NCBI GenBank assembly: GCA_012295275.1
Contig: CM022670.1
Span: forward strand, 32,302,001 to 32,366,000
Length of the DNA: 64,000 nucleotides
Direction of reading: 5' to 3'
From: Chrysomallon squamiferum
Lineage: Eukaryota > Animalia > Mollusca
Part shown: positions 1-13,811 of the stretch, piece after piece
Layout: the number at the start of each line of letters is the position of its first letter
How positions within the stretch are numbered: the first letter of the stretch is position 1
Position numbers and translations under genes: made by a program
The notes under the pieces: model-generated
What the model was told of the DNA's origin: nothing
The model's database searches: none
The model's input: the letters and a program-made list of their open reading frames with translations, nothing else

Positions 1-1039
1 GTCAAAATGTGTTTTGCCTTACACAAATAAACACAGGTATTGTACTGTGTGGTTTCATTTATTGAAATCCAAGCCCTCAGTATTACAGGTTCCACCAAAA
101 ATACTGGAACAATGCGAGCTGTGCATTCTGTCATGAACTTATATGCCAAAGTCTGTAAAATAGATTTTAAAAAAAATCAGACCTTTCCAATTATACGAAT
201 ACATCTCTAATTTTCAAAACCAGTAAAAAGCATTGGTATTTTTATTTTTGAATGTGTAATGATAATTATTAAATTTGGTCTGGCAAAGAATACCGAGATA
301 ATGTTATTATACCATCGATCTGCCAGTTAATAATTTAAATAATAATTTAGTAATAAACATAAAATATTAATCACATCTCATTTTCACTTATTCATAATCT
401 GATATAGTAAGACATTTGGCAGAACATTTTTTTTTGCATCTTTAACAAAGTTTATTATAAAATTTAAAAAAAAAAAAAAAATAAAAAATATATCCTATAA
501 GAAAGAAACAATTTAGATTTAAAAATAAACTGATTAATTTTATTAATTTTTTCTTCCTTAATACTTACATACAGTTTGAGGTCATTTTCTTTCTCAACAT
601 TTTTGTGTTGCTCAGATGGCTTAAATAAAAAGAAATAAAAGAATTTTTGTAGACCTATCACTAAATTTAATATAAACAAATGTCATAAAGATAAACAATT
701 TTTGTTTTCAAATAAATTTTAAATAAATAAATAAAATTAAAAAAAAAAAAAAAAACAATACAAACAGCCAAACTGACACAGAGGAATAATGATCTTTTCG
801 TGCTTCAAGTCGCAACACTAAGCTACAATCTGCACCAGATTCAAGAGGTACATAAAATACATAATACAACTGGTCCATAATATCAATTTTCCATATTATA
901 ATTCTTCAGCTTTTTTGTAAATTATATATTTTATAGATAAGCCTACCTCTTTAAAAATTAAATGGTTGAGGATCAGCTGCAGAAGCAGAAAGCCAATTCC
1001 AGTAAAAGCCAAAGCCTTGATTACATTTAAAATTCGCAT
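1..1039 (-). CDS. FKTN: Fukutin-like ribitol-5-phosphate transferase, N-terminal three coding exons (gene continues off the left edge)
   Basis: Minus-strand exons 1039-947 (ATG; donor GAG|gtaggc), 619-569 (tttaag|CCA...TAT|gtaagt) and 152-<1 (ttttacag|ACT), all phase 0. They translate to MRILNVIKALAFTGIGFLLLQLILNHLIFKE / PSEQHKNVEKENDLKLY / TLAYKFMTECTARIVPVFLVEPVILRAWISINETTQYNTCVYLCKAKHIL. The type II membrane anchor, KF...VPVFL(V/I)(E/D)P.IL and CxxxC match my recollection of the human fukutin N-terminus (AFLLFQL...[22 protein letters not shown]...CKFFC). An acceptor at 1081/1080 implies an upstream non-coding exon. Confidence 0.8.
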
Positions 1040-1620
1040 CACATAGCTTCAAGACACTGCTAGCATATCCAAACCTCCCTCTGAAATAATAAATTACATT
1101 TACATTTTTATAAGTAAATGAATTACAGGATAAAACTTCTAATAGCGGGAGCTGACAGCTGTAAACAAAAAGAAAATTATTATAATTACAATAAAATATA
1201 ATAATACTGCTTGGCTAAAACGCTGTGGGTTACGGTATGAATCTTCTTTAGTATACACATTCATTAATTTGAATAATTTTGTTGTTGTTGTTGTTTTGTT
1301 TTTATACAACTGATAGTTAGTTAATAATTACTTGGTGAGTTTTGTACTTGGTCACTGAAAGAAGCATACATCATATAGGTGTTAACACAATAGGTTTCAA
1401 AATTTCAAGCTATTAATATAGAATGTTAAACATTGCTATTTATATTCTGAATAAATAGATTTATTATTAAAAAAAATATATATATTTTTTATTTTTGCAC
1501 CAATCAATATGGTTTTCCCTTATTAAAAAAAAATGTTAATGCCTCATGTCATGTAATGAATAGAACCCAAACCATTAAAAACAATGCAACTGCAAATAGA
1601 CTGGATTGTGGGATACCATT

Positions 1621-1697
1621 AATACTAATATTAGTAATACATCAATAATAATACTAATAATATTAGTAATACATCAATAATAATACTAATAATATTA
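1621..1697. repeat. Short AT-rich tandem repeat (~32 bp unit, ~2.4 copies)
   Basis: AATATTAGTAATACATCAATAATAATACTAAT is repeated in tandem. Confidence 0.7.
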
Positions 1698-1849
1698 AAT
1701 ATTAATAATTAATAGCATTAAATGTGCACAATATTATGAATATAATTTAGTTTTATTATGTTGTCTATTTAATTTACTTTCGTTTAGTTTCACAATTGTT
1801 ATTACTTTTTCTGTTCTTAAAAAATTGTTTAATATAATCAAGGAAGTGG

Positions 1850-2263
1850 CTAACGTCTGGAAACAACTTTATCAGTTTGGTGTTGATAAAAACACTAAAT
1901 ATCCTTTATATGCTGGAGGCAGCCATATTGTAGCCAAGCACCAAATTTATCATTTCATGAATAATTTGTTAAGACAACATACTTATATTTTACAATATTA
2001 AATTTTTATTACATTGTTTAATAATATTACTGTAGAAATTTTTAATTTATATAATTTCTTTACTGAGTGGAATATTTATTTAGTGACGATGATACCAAAG
2101 TACCAGCACTTTTACTGTTTCCTGCGGAAGTTATTTTATCACAGCGCCACCTTGGACAGCAACGTGGATTGAACAAGCATATAAGCTGTCAAAATGTTCA
2201 CCAGTTGGAAAATGAACGTTATAGTTGATTTATTTAGGATATACATTTAACATAATATTCAGA
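1850..2263. promoter_or_regulatory. Putative bidirectional promoter between the FKTN-like and SLC35E1-like genes
   Basis: Divergent start codons at 1039 (-) and 2264 (+). The locally GC/CpG-richer patch has a YY1-like GCAGCCATATTG (~1919-1930), back-to-back ETS cores TTCCTGCGGAAG (~2119-2130) and a CTCF-like CAGCGCCACCTTGG (~2142-2155). Motif calls are by eye. Confidence 0.45.
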
Positions 2264-3862
2264 ATGGAGGACGTGAGTCCTTATGTAGATGCTGTAAAGA
2301 TCGTTGTGATATGCGCTCTTTGGTATGCCAGTAGCAGTAGCGATAATGTCATAGGGAAAATTGTTTTAACAGAATTCCCTTATCCTATGACAATAACCAT
2401 GGTTCAACTAGCTACTGCCGCTACCCTTCTTGGACCTTTAATAAAATATTTGAAAGTTCCAAAGTTGACAGAAATTCCAACTCGTTATTATTATACAATG
2501 ATAATTCCATTAGCTGTGGGGAAGTTTTTGTCTTCTGTTTCATCATACGTAAGCATTTGGAAAAGTTCTGTTTCTTATGCTCACACAGGTAATTATAATT
2601 TATTCTAATTAAAGAAGAAAAGAATGTAAATTAATTTATATGAAAATTTTGTTATGATGCAAAACTAATAAATTCATGAATCTGATCTAGTGTTTATGTT
2701 GATAAGAATTTATATAAAAAATTCATCCCATTTCAGATTATACAATTTATAGGTTTAAAGATTAACTTTAAATGGAATAAAATTTCGGGGGAGAGGGGAG
2801 ATTGTATTAATTCTTTTATCACATTATTGTATTATTTTTTTCTTTCATTATTTTTCAATGGTGAATTGTACTTGCTTGTGTAAGGTTTCCATATGCTATT
2901 GTGCTTGTTATTGTTATTTTATTTTATTTATTATTATACCTTATGATAAATTCATAATTAAAATAATTCAGAAGTAGTTCAGTTGTTTTATTTGAATTAC
3001 ATACCTGTCAACCCCTAAAGTTGACTAAACACTGTTTCCCTAATAAGCAGACTGTTTAGCAGTTGTCAGGTCTCTTTTCTATTATGAATTGTTATTGTGC
3101 TTAACAAATGAAGAGTCTTGATCACTGTACAATGTTAATAAAGTACCTGTGTTATTTAGTTATATTTATTTGAATAATTTTTCAAATGTTAGTCATTTGT
3201 CAATTCAGGTATATGTGGTTTTATTACAACATTGTTATTATTATTATTATTATACTTTTTATTTATTTTTTCAGTGAAAGCTACATTACCAATATTTACT
3301 GTGATATTATCAAGAATAATAATGGGTGAAAAACAAACTTTAACAGTATGTATACATTATACAGTTAGAAATAATTTTTCTCATTTAGTTTTCAATTTAT
3401 CATTTTTACTAGATTCCAAAATTTGTTTTAATTAGTCAAAACAGAGTAATCTACAAAAGTTATATCTTATGTGTTTTCAGTTAATTTTACTTACTTGAAT
3501 TATTATTTATTTTTTATGCAATATTACTAGTGCAAACAATAATTCAGAATTTAAATACTTAGAAAAGGTAATAAAGAAAACTGCAACTAACATCTTGGTT
3601 CTAATTTACAAGTTAACTCAGATAATTCTTTCACTTTTCAGTAAATTAAATGTATACACAGTGAAATGCATACAGGTTAAATAATTATTCTAGTATTTAT
3701 ATTTTAGTATAGATTAATTTAAAGTTGGAAATAGCATTTTAGGATAGATGTTTTGATAAATAATAATTATAATAGAAATGATAAAGAACTAAATAAAAAT
3801 AGCTTAATATGGTGTACATAAGTATAGTAATTTAATTTTAATATAATTTTGAAAATAAATTG

Positions 3863-3893
<31 letters not shown>

Positions 3894-5648
3894 TTTTAGA
3901 TATATGCAACACTACTGCCTATAATTGGAGGTGTTCTTGTTGCCACAATGACTGAATTATCATTTGAATACATAGGATTATTCAGTGCTTTATTTGCAAC
4001 TCTTTGTTTCTCTTTGCAAACAATATTTTCTAAAAAGGTGAGTTGGTGACATCTCAGAATATTAAATAGAAAATTATAGTGTTTCCTTCAAATTTACGTA
4101 TTTTGATAATAAAATTAATATTACATTACATTTAATCTATTAAAGTTTTGTTATGAATTTATAATAAAAAAGTTGTAATAATAATAATTTTATCCAAAAA
4201 TAAAATGAATTTAATTTCAAATTTTTGTATCTTATGTTTATGTTAGAATTTTATTTTACAATATTACAGTTGATAACAACACTAACAGATGTAATTTAAT
4301 TTCAAATTTATTACCTATATTTCAGTGTCTTAAGGAAACTGGTTTTCACCATTTGAGACTTCTTATTTTGATAACACGCATTTCTTCAGCATGTTTTCTT
4401 CCAGTCTGGATTATATTTGATCTCAGGAGAATTTTACACAATGAAGAATTTGTGAGTGTATATAATGTTACATATGGTATTTATTTATAACCTCTGAGAT
4501 TATTTTAACACATCTGTAAGTTAAAATTTAAGTGAAACATGATTTGAGGTACATTTTTTTTTCTACAAGTGAGTCATGGTCAGTAATTTTTTATAAAAGA
4601 AAGAACAAGTAATCAGTAACATTCCAAAACAAAATATAGCACATAATGTGTTAATTAATGATATTTATAATAATTAAGATTGCAGTAAATGAGGTAAGAA
4701 CACAATATTTTTGCAATTTATTATTACGTTTTACATTTTAAAGTAATCTTGTTAAAGCCTAGTGTAATATAATTTATTAATACATTTTTACATCAATTTT
4801 ATAATGTTAAGTTGTTTTGCTGAAATCTTGTGTAATATAGTTTATTAATATATTATTAACTGTACAGTGTAAAGTCATTTTGCTCAAACAAAGGATAATA
4901 TTTCAGATGCTTGGTGATGACAAACTTAGAATCATCTTACTGTTATTTTGTGATGGGCTGTTCAACATGCTGCACAATATCTTTGCCTTCACATTGCTCT
5001 CCATGGTCACGGCTTTAAGCTACGCAGTTGCCAATGCTACAAAAAGAATTGTAATCATTGGCAGTTCTCTGATACTGTTACGCAATCCAGTATCTCCTTT
5101 AAATATTCTGGGAATGCTCACTGCCATATTTGGTGTCCTTTTGTACAATAAGGTTTGTAATTACTTTTTAAATTTTTATATTGCATCAGGGAATATCTTT
5201 TTTATATTCTGATTTTTACAAGTACTACCTACTGTATATAATTTTTATATATGGATGTATGACTTATTTTATACATACATATATACAATAAATTATTTCT
5301 AGATAAATATATTGTTTTGATAACATTGCACAAGTACAAAATAATTTATTTCCATATTTTCAGGCTAAATATGACCAACATGTTGCCAGAAGAAAAGAAG
5401 CAATTTTGCCTCGAGTGAAGAGTGAGGCTTCACTACATGAACACTACTCTGGTTTAAAACATTCCAAAACTGAAGTTGATCTGAATGGACTTGCACAGCA
5501 GAATGGACACATTCTACTTCGTGAATGGCACAACAGAGATGTCGTAACAATAATTCCAGTTACAGAAAACATACCTGAACAAGTTCAGCTTGCCAGTCAG
5601 AGAAACAGCGCTGTACATCTACATTCTAGGACAGTGCACAATGTATAA
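2264..5648 (+). CDS. SLC35E1: Solute carrier family 35 member E1-like (triose-phosphate/nucleotide-sugar transporter family), 6 exons, ~396 aa
   Basis: Exons 2264-2588, 3275-3345, 3900-4037, 4326-4451, 4907-5152 and 5364-5648 have GT-AG boundaries and consistent phase (1191 nt). Family motifs: [89 protein letters not shown]. Confidence 0.93.
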
Positions 5649-8345
5649 ATTTGTTATCTTGTTTTTATGTAAAAACTCTGCCCATAACAACAGTAAAACA
5701 ACCCCCAAAAAACAACATATTCTTTATAACATTAATGGATTTGGTGAAATATATTTATCCTGGGTGTATCTGTAAAATATGATCTGTGATTGTGAGTAGA
5801 TTGTAAAATGTGGTGCCTAAGATCACAGTCAGTTTCTTTGTGATTCATATATTCTTTAAAAATATATGCTGTAATCAGGAATGATTGCTAACAGAAACCG
5901 AGCTAATATATTTTTGGTTTTCACAGTATTTATAGTTTCAGTAGTCTAACTGCAGTTTATAATGTTTTCAAAATACACAGTGCAATTGATATTACACATT
6001 ACTTGATATTGACTGGTCGAAGAAAATGTTGTTTTCATTTTCTTTTGTTGTAAGAATAAATCAATGTGATGATGCTTCCTGAAATTTTCCAGGGTATGAA
6101 TCTTCTCACCTCAATGCCTTTATGAAGTATGAATTATCCCCAGAAGAAACCCAACATCAAAATTAATATTATATAAAACCTGGTCATCTAATGATCTAGA
6201 ATTATTTATGGTGCAAAATTTAAACCGTTTGTAATATAAAAGCCCAGTTATGTCATTAACGTTGAGAGTTTAATTTATGGGTATCAGCAATTATTTTAAA
6301 TTAATCACATTTTAATAATTAATTCATTTTTAATTAAGTGTATAAAGGTACAAAATGGAATGAATCTAGTTTTAGTTTTATTGAATTAAAAAAATATTTT
6401 CATTGCTTTTTTCATTTTTCTGTTTTCAATTTTTTATATAACATCTTATAAAAGCTACAAAACATTTATGATCTAGTCAGTCTGTTTACATTTTATAATG
6501 TTAATCAAAAATAATTATTTTTGTAATGAAATGTTTAAAAGTTCAACTTCTATTTTTTAATTTTTTTTTTAATTTTAAAGAAAAACCCAAGACATCTCAT
6601 ATATCTATAATAGACAGTTGTCATTTATACCAGTCTTCTTTATAGTAATATTATATATAAAATACATATATATAATTTTTGTTTTGTTTAATGTCACACC
6701 AAATTCATATTTAATTGCATTTTAATTCTGCCCAGGTTATGATCACACACTTACTTTTAACTTATCCTGTATTATACAAATAATAAATTCATTTTAATGT
6801 CTCAGACTCCTGTTTTACAATTTATTTTATTTTGAATGTTTGTAAAGGTTTTATTGTTGTATTGTTATTTAGGGAAGTTGGACACAACATCATGTTGAAA
6901 AACCCACAGAGTTAATTAAGTTTGGGTACTGCTAATTTTTATTAATTTGTTTGTTATAATGTTTATATATGTAAAAAAAAAAAGAAGAAGTGATAAGGTT
7001 TCTGACTTGATATGTTCTTAATTTATAAATTATCAAGAATAATTTATAATAGTGTCAGTTAAAAATAATGGATAACAATTTAAATTACACTTGTTTAATT
7101 AAAACAATTGAATAATCTGAATATAGCCGTATCTTAAAATGTTTTTCTATTTTTTTATAAGCTGCTGTTAACTTTTATATTTTGATACCAAATTAATGTA
7201 TTAGTTTTGGATTATTTATAAATTAGTTGTATATTTTACTTGGGTATATCGTATTCTTTCAGTTTTATTTCTAAATGTATTAATCAAATTTTAATTTTTT
7301 AATTTTTAATTTCTTTCAAAATATCCTTTTTAGATATTTATTATTTGTTAATTGCTAACATATACCCATTTGTTATTTGAAAAAAATAAAGCTGCAATAA
7401 TATAAAAAAAACAATTGCTGAAATACTATTCATTTTGTGAGCAAATAGACTGGAATAAAAAAAATAAAAAAAAAAAAAATATATATATATATCAGAATTC
7501 ATAACAGTGATGATTAAATAAAGTTGTTATAATTATTATTTTTAATTCCAACATCCACTTGTATCACTTATAAAACCACAGAATTATTTTTAAATAATTA
7601 CTGAACTCTTGTTTAGCAATTGGTGCTGCTTCAAAGTGTTATTCCATTTGTTTTATTTATTGACTGTTGTTTAAAAAAAGAAACTATTTTCTTTATATAT
7701 ATATTTTTTATATATATATCTAATAACTGCACAGGACAGAATAACAAATGTAGATGAGTTTATTTGGTTGTGGTCATTCAATGTTTTATAATATATTTGA
7801 TTTTTAAAATATACTATTCACAGTTTTAAACCTTGAATGGTGAATTTGGGATTTTTAACATCTAGTGGATGGTGGTTAGAAAGGTAATATTTTAAAACTT
7901 TCAGTAAATATATACATATAATCATTTAATATTACTTGTTGTTGGTAGTGCATGGTGTTTTAAATGAAAGCTTAATATGAAATCTTTTCACACAAGAAAT
8001 AGATAAATAAACCTGAAAAAAAATTGTTCTTTTCTTTTCTCTGTCTTTTTATGTATTCTGTCATTTTCTTCTTTTTTGTAGTAATTATTATTGTTTTGTT
8101 TTATATGTATTATATATATATCTGCAGTGCAAGTGTGTATTTGTATTATGACTGCCAGTCTAAATATTGTATTTAATATTTTAAGCTACAACTTTTTCTT
8201 GTGTGAAATACTGATGAGATTTATTCATATTGTTTACTGTAATACATATGGCTTGTTACTGTCATACAATTTTCAATAAGTTGTCTTGTGAATTTCTGTA
8301 CCTGGCAATGATAGAAACAGAAAACAAAGGTTGGTCACAATGGTC

Positions 8346-8638
8346 TGTGGATTTGTATTCTTAATATTCTGTGTGTGGGTCCAAGCAGTACAGTTCTTAA
8401 TATTTAAATTGCATACCTTAATTAGGGAAGATATACTTAACAATGTGGGTTTGTATTCTTAATATTCAGTGTGTGGGTCCAAGCAGTACAGTTCTTAATA
8501 TTTAAATTGCATACCTTAATTAGGGAAGATCTACTTATCAATGTGGGTTTGTATTCTTAATATTCAGTGTGTGGGTCCAAGCAGTACAGTTCTTAATATT
8601 TAAATTACATACCTTAATTAGGAAAGATCTACTTATCT
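8346..8638. repeat. Minisatellite, 98-bp unit x3, near-identical copies
   Basis: The anchor CCAAGCAGTACAGTTCTTAATATTTAAATT occurs at 8381, 8479 and 8577 (period 98). Confidence 0.92.
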
Positions 8639-10953
8639 GATTGCAAAAATAATGTGAACAATCTTGTTATATGTCTGTTATATTTGTTATTGTTGTTGTT
8701 AAATATTTATTTATATATATATGTCATTCAAAATAATTATTTTATTGTAAATTTTATTGCCAGTATCTGATTTTCATTCTATTATTGCATTAAAGAGACC
8801 AGAAGTGAATATTTGTTTTCTTTAAATTGGTGTACAAACAGTTACAAACATTCTGATAAATATCAAAAAATCAATATATCCAATTTTGTTACAGTGAAAA
8901 AAATACATTAATAATAAAAAAAAAAAAAATAATAGTAATATAAATAATGATCAAGTTAGTAAATAATAAATTATTATTACCACAAATTAGGATCACTTTA
9001 CTTTTGGTTTTGTTTCATTTTCTTCCTTCTTTTGTATTAATGTTAGTGTTACTTAAATCTGAGATCCACTTTTTTTGATAGCACATAACCAAAAAAACAC
9101 AGAATTATTTTATTCTGGACATCATAAATTACTGTTATTATTATCATCTTAATTTAATTTTTAATAAGAGTTATTAAATAGATAAAATGTGGTGCTAAAC
9201 CAATTAAATTTTGTTCATTGCTCTTTGTTATTAGTTTTAAAGATTTTTTTTTTTTTAAAGGCCACATTTTGAGGTATAATTATTAATAGCTTTCAATAAA
9301 CATTGTTACGGGTTATCTTTAAAATATTATTATTTTTTTTTTTTATGTATATTTTTTTTTTAATCCCCGAAAATGCATTTATATATTTTGATATTAGTTT
9401 CTGGTTATTTTAATTCTTTTTATTTATTTATTTATTTATTTATTATTATTATTATTTTTATTTTTATTTTTTTATTTTATTTTTGAGTGTGTACTTTTTA
9501 AAAACAGTTCCTTGATTAAATTAATATAATTATATAAATTTTATCATCATTAAATACTTTCTGAATTCAGCCTGCAAATACATGTACATATCTTAATAAC
9601 CTATACATTTTTAATTTATTAAACTTGTTGGCTGTGGAAATATTATTACTCAATATTTTACCCTAGCTTTGTGAATTTTTTAAATATTAAAAAGATAACA
9701 AATTGTAAGTATATTCTATCATTGTTTTATTGAAGTAGTTAACGAGCATTAGCTTGTTTTTATATTTGTGATATAATTCAAGATATAAGAATTATAATTA
9801 CAATATCTTTTAAAAATTACATTGATATGATTATTTTGTTTATAGAAATTATTTATTTGTTAGAACAGGGGAAGGTTTTCTTCAGAATGGGAGCAGGTTT
9901 TCTGCTGTATTTACAGTATTGTACATGTAACTGAAATTTTATTTATAAAATGTTTCAGACCATTGACTGTTTGTTAATTTTTAAAATAACCAAAACAAGA
10001 CTTTGGAACACCTATTTTTTTTACACACACTTTCTAGACTGTATCTTAATGTTATTTAGTATTAATTTTTATTATGACTTGTTTTTGAGAATTTCTGTTA
10101 GGAAAAAACAAACATTTTTATTGCAAATAGGAATTGAGACAATTCAAATTAAAGTTATAATCACTTTAATAATTATATTGCTTATTAAAATAAAAACTAT
10201 AATCTGTATCAACTAAACTAAATCCAACATGATACCATTTTCAGATAAAAAAATATTTTTTTAAAATTGGTAAATGATAATAAAAAGGTGGAATAATAAT
10301 AAAAAGCAAAATATCTCAAAGATAAAAATTAAAAGCAGTATCAACAAAATTAAATAAAAATCATTATTATCCTAATAGGCTGTGTCAGTGAAAAGAGCAA
10401 TTTGCACTGATGGACATGATCAACAGAATTAAGTTTATAAATAATCTAGAAGTGATACAACCCAACATTAAAACATTAAAACATCTCCAGAAATATGTTC
10501 ACTTATTGCTTATAAAATATGCAAATGTCTAAAACATGAAAACTATGAAAGACGGGGATTTTTCAAAAAACATATAAACTTTTGTAAGTGTAATTACATA
10601 AAATATTATGATATGTGTACTTTAAACTTTGTGACAATCCTCTACTACTAAAGACAGTCATTTGGTTGACAAAATACAACATAATCTCTGATGTAGTAAT
10701 CACCCCATTTCAGTTCTATATACACTTACTGGGTTTTTAAATCATAAACCAGTTCATCCATTTTCTTTGGCAAAGCCATCCCTTTTATTATCCCCGAGTT
10801 CTGTTACATACCTGAAATACTGCAGACTAATGATGTACAACTGGAAATATTTAATTAAAGTTTTTTTAAAGAGGGATGAAAGTGACCACAAAATGGAGCA
10901 GATGGTTGCGAGACACAATTTTGATCAAAATAAATAACTTGGTTAAAATTATT

Positions 10954-12788
10954 CTATTTATCAATGGTATCTGGACAAGAAAGTAAATCATTGAGTGTCA
11001 AATCCATATCTTCATTGGTGCTGTTTTTTGCAGTAGTCTGCAAGCTATAATTGTCTTCATTTTCAAGATTTAGGTTGGAACTTCCTGCTTTCAAATTAAT
11101 TCCTGCAGAGTCAATTAATTTGGATAATCGACCTTGCCGTGGCTTTTTTTCATGATCATCAGTTCGCATAGATGTGCCATTAGCTTCCGTAGCTAAATCT
11201 CTTTTTGTGTCATTCTGTTTTATCTTTGTTGAACCTATGTTGCGTAAAATACTCATTGTTTGGTTATACACAGGACTTTTTGTTAATGCTTGATTGATAA
11301 TGTGTGGTTTAAAATGTTCAGCTTGATTTTCAGAATTTTCTGCTTTGTTTTTTGTTACTGTTTTGCAGTTCACATTTCTGAACAAGCTTGAGTTTCTAGC
11401 AGCTTTAAGTTCTTGCTTTTTCTCTTCATCTTTGTTGCATTCAGGTATGAATTCTTTAAGACTAATGGGACTAGCTCTTGGTTCTAGACTTCCACTGGAC
11501 CTTTCACCTGGTTCATCCATTTTTAAATAGTCCAATCCAGGTATTTTGATAAATGGAGAAAGAAGTCTAACTATATCAAAATTGCCACAGTCAATAGCAT
11601 GATCCATGGCAGTGAACCCTTCATAGTTCCGTTTAATGAAGTCTATGTAATGCTGACTGCGTCTGTGTGATTCAAGAAAAGCAGCAACAATGTGTTCAAA
11701 ACCCAAATTTGATGCATACATCAGAGCTGTATTACCATCATCATCAGTTTTATTAATATCAAGGAGACCCTACAACAATAAAAATATTTTATTTTGTCTT
11801 CGTTTCTGTGTAAACAGTGTTTATCTCTGTGTGTGTGGGTGGGGGGTACTTGTGTTTTTGCATATGTTAAATGACAAATGCATATTTAAAAACCAAAAGA
11901 AAATGACACATCTGCAAAGACTTATTATGATGATATTACCTCTAGGAGAAGTAAATTCACTGTGTCCAACTGGTTTAGGATAGTGGCATATATAAGCACA
12001 GTTTGACCTTGAGAATTTTGTAGATTGACATCAGCTCCATTTTCAATCAGAAGTTTTATAATGCCAGCCCGACAGGTAGAATCATGACAGTACTTTAAAC
12101 AAGCCATCAAAGGCGTTTCCATCCTTTGGTTTCTGGCATTTGGATCATAGCCAGCCTCAAGCATCAGTTTTACCTACATATATAGAAATTACAAAAAGAG
12201 ACTTTTAATCCTTATTATATTATAGTTACAAGGCCAGAAATGATAATGACATAAGAATAAATAATACTACTACTACTACTAATAATAATCTACATCCATA
12301 TATAGTGTGTGTATATGTGTTTTTCTTATGATTATCCAATATGTGGTAAGCATTCAAGCTCTTTCCTCTGTTTCATTTAAAGTTACAAGTTTATACATTT
12401 TACAACCCTCAAACTCCTAACGTGATGTTATAATGTTAATTATGTTTTAAAAGAATAGATTTGGCATCAGAAACACAGAGACATTATTTTGAATAGGTCT
12501 AGAATGGTATATAAGCTCACGGCAAATCCTTTTATCTGTAATTCATTAGAAAACAAACTGGCATAGATCGCGTTATTAGTGGATTGACTAATTTGTAAAA
12601 GTTAAGATTTATTTTAATTCATTTCTTTTTATTTATTTTTATTTCTTTTATTTATTTAAATTCATTTCTTTTTATTAATTTATTTATTTATTTATTTATT
12701 TGTCGTTGTGTAATTATCGCATTTACTTCGCCATATTTACTCGATAATACAAGGGAGGCGAATAATAATTGTTATTATTATTATTTTA

Positions 12789-12819
<31 letters not shown>

Positions 12820-13056
12820 TTGAATTTAAAGTCTTACGATCTCAAAATGAACCACCCTTTCAACTATAATTCAGAAAAATTTGGTTACATTGATAAAAAA
12901 AAATCGGTATATATATATATATATCTATATATACGCATGGAATAAGGGAATGAAAATTATATAGATTAACTCAAATATATGTGTATTTCGAATTTCCGAC
13001 CATATCACCTGTCGTACGCTGTTCCTTTTAAAAATATCAAAAAAATCCGCTTCCAT
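10954..13056 (-). CDS. Ankyrin-repeat protein (ANKRD63/ANKRD34-like), paralog A, 3 coding exons, ~365 aa
   Basis: Exons 13056-13009 (MEADFFDIFKRNSVRQ, CAG|gtgata), 12173-11940 (VKLMLEAGYDPNARN...ETPLM...GADVNLQNSQGQTVL, GAG|gtaata) and 11769-10954 (GLLDINKTDDDGNTALMYA...GFTAMDHA, then a low-complexity tail). All phase 0, with ~4-5 ankyrin repeats at the N-terminus. The family call is from recalled similarity to ANKRD63/34. Confidence 0.88.
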
Positions 13057-13099
13057 TTTATGCTCCGAATTAAGAATAAGCATGATATATATTTGATCA

Positions 13100-13765
13100 G
13101 TAGGGATAGTTTAATTTACATTTTAGTGCAGATTACAATTCGGTTACGTCATACTTTTGGAACCATAGGCAACGTATGCGCGTTTCAGAATTAATCCTCG
13201 TAATTGACTAAAATTCTCGCATGATACATACAGATGTAAAATATACAAATAATTAGTTGCAGTTTTATTTTTACAGCTCATTCAGTTGCAGTAGTATATG
13301 ATTATATTATTAAATTAGTTAAAGACAAGCCACAGAATCCTATTAAGCTGTTACTAAATTACATTGATTTTGCGAACGTTTTTAATTTGAAAAAAAAATA
13401 ATAAAAATAAATAAATAAATAAATAAATAAAAAGAAAAATATTAGAAAAAAAATTAAATTCAGTTGTCGGAAGCGTTTTTATATTTAATTATATTGAACG
13501 CACAGAAACATATATTTAATTTATAATAAAAAAAAAAAGTAAAAATTTTAAAAAAATCATCATCATCATCATCATCATCTCACCCCCATGTTATTGGTAA
13601 CTTCTATTTAGCATTAACTAGTCACGTGATGTAAAATGGGGAAACAACCAATAATCGTAATGAATATAAAGTTACCGGTGTTATGCCACCTTAAACGTTT
13701 TCAATTGTTTTTAAATATTGTTTCAATTTATTTATTTTAATATTTAAAATAAAAGAAACAAATTG

Positions 13766-13811
<46 letters not shown>

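Noticed and set aside
464-679. 71-aa minus-strand ORF as a standalone gene
   Set aside because: Only 569-619 is exonic (fukutin-like stem exon); the rest is intronic low-complexity sequence.
5365-5550. Antisense ORFs over real exons (also 11345-11530, 15791-15985, 16118-16312, 21505-21753, 25371-25565, 49153-49452)
   Set aside because: Shadow frames of genuine coding exons on the opposite strand, with no independent support.
8346-8638. 98-bp repeat (and the 49-bp repeat at 46150-46385) as a CRISPR-like array
   Set aside because: The units are contiguous with no unique spacers, there are no cas genes, and the context is eukaryotic.
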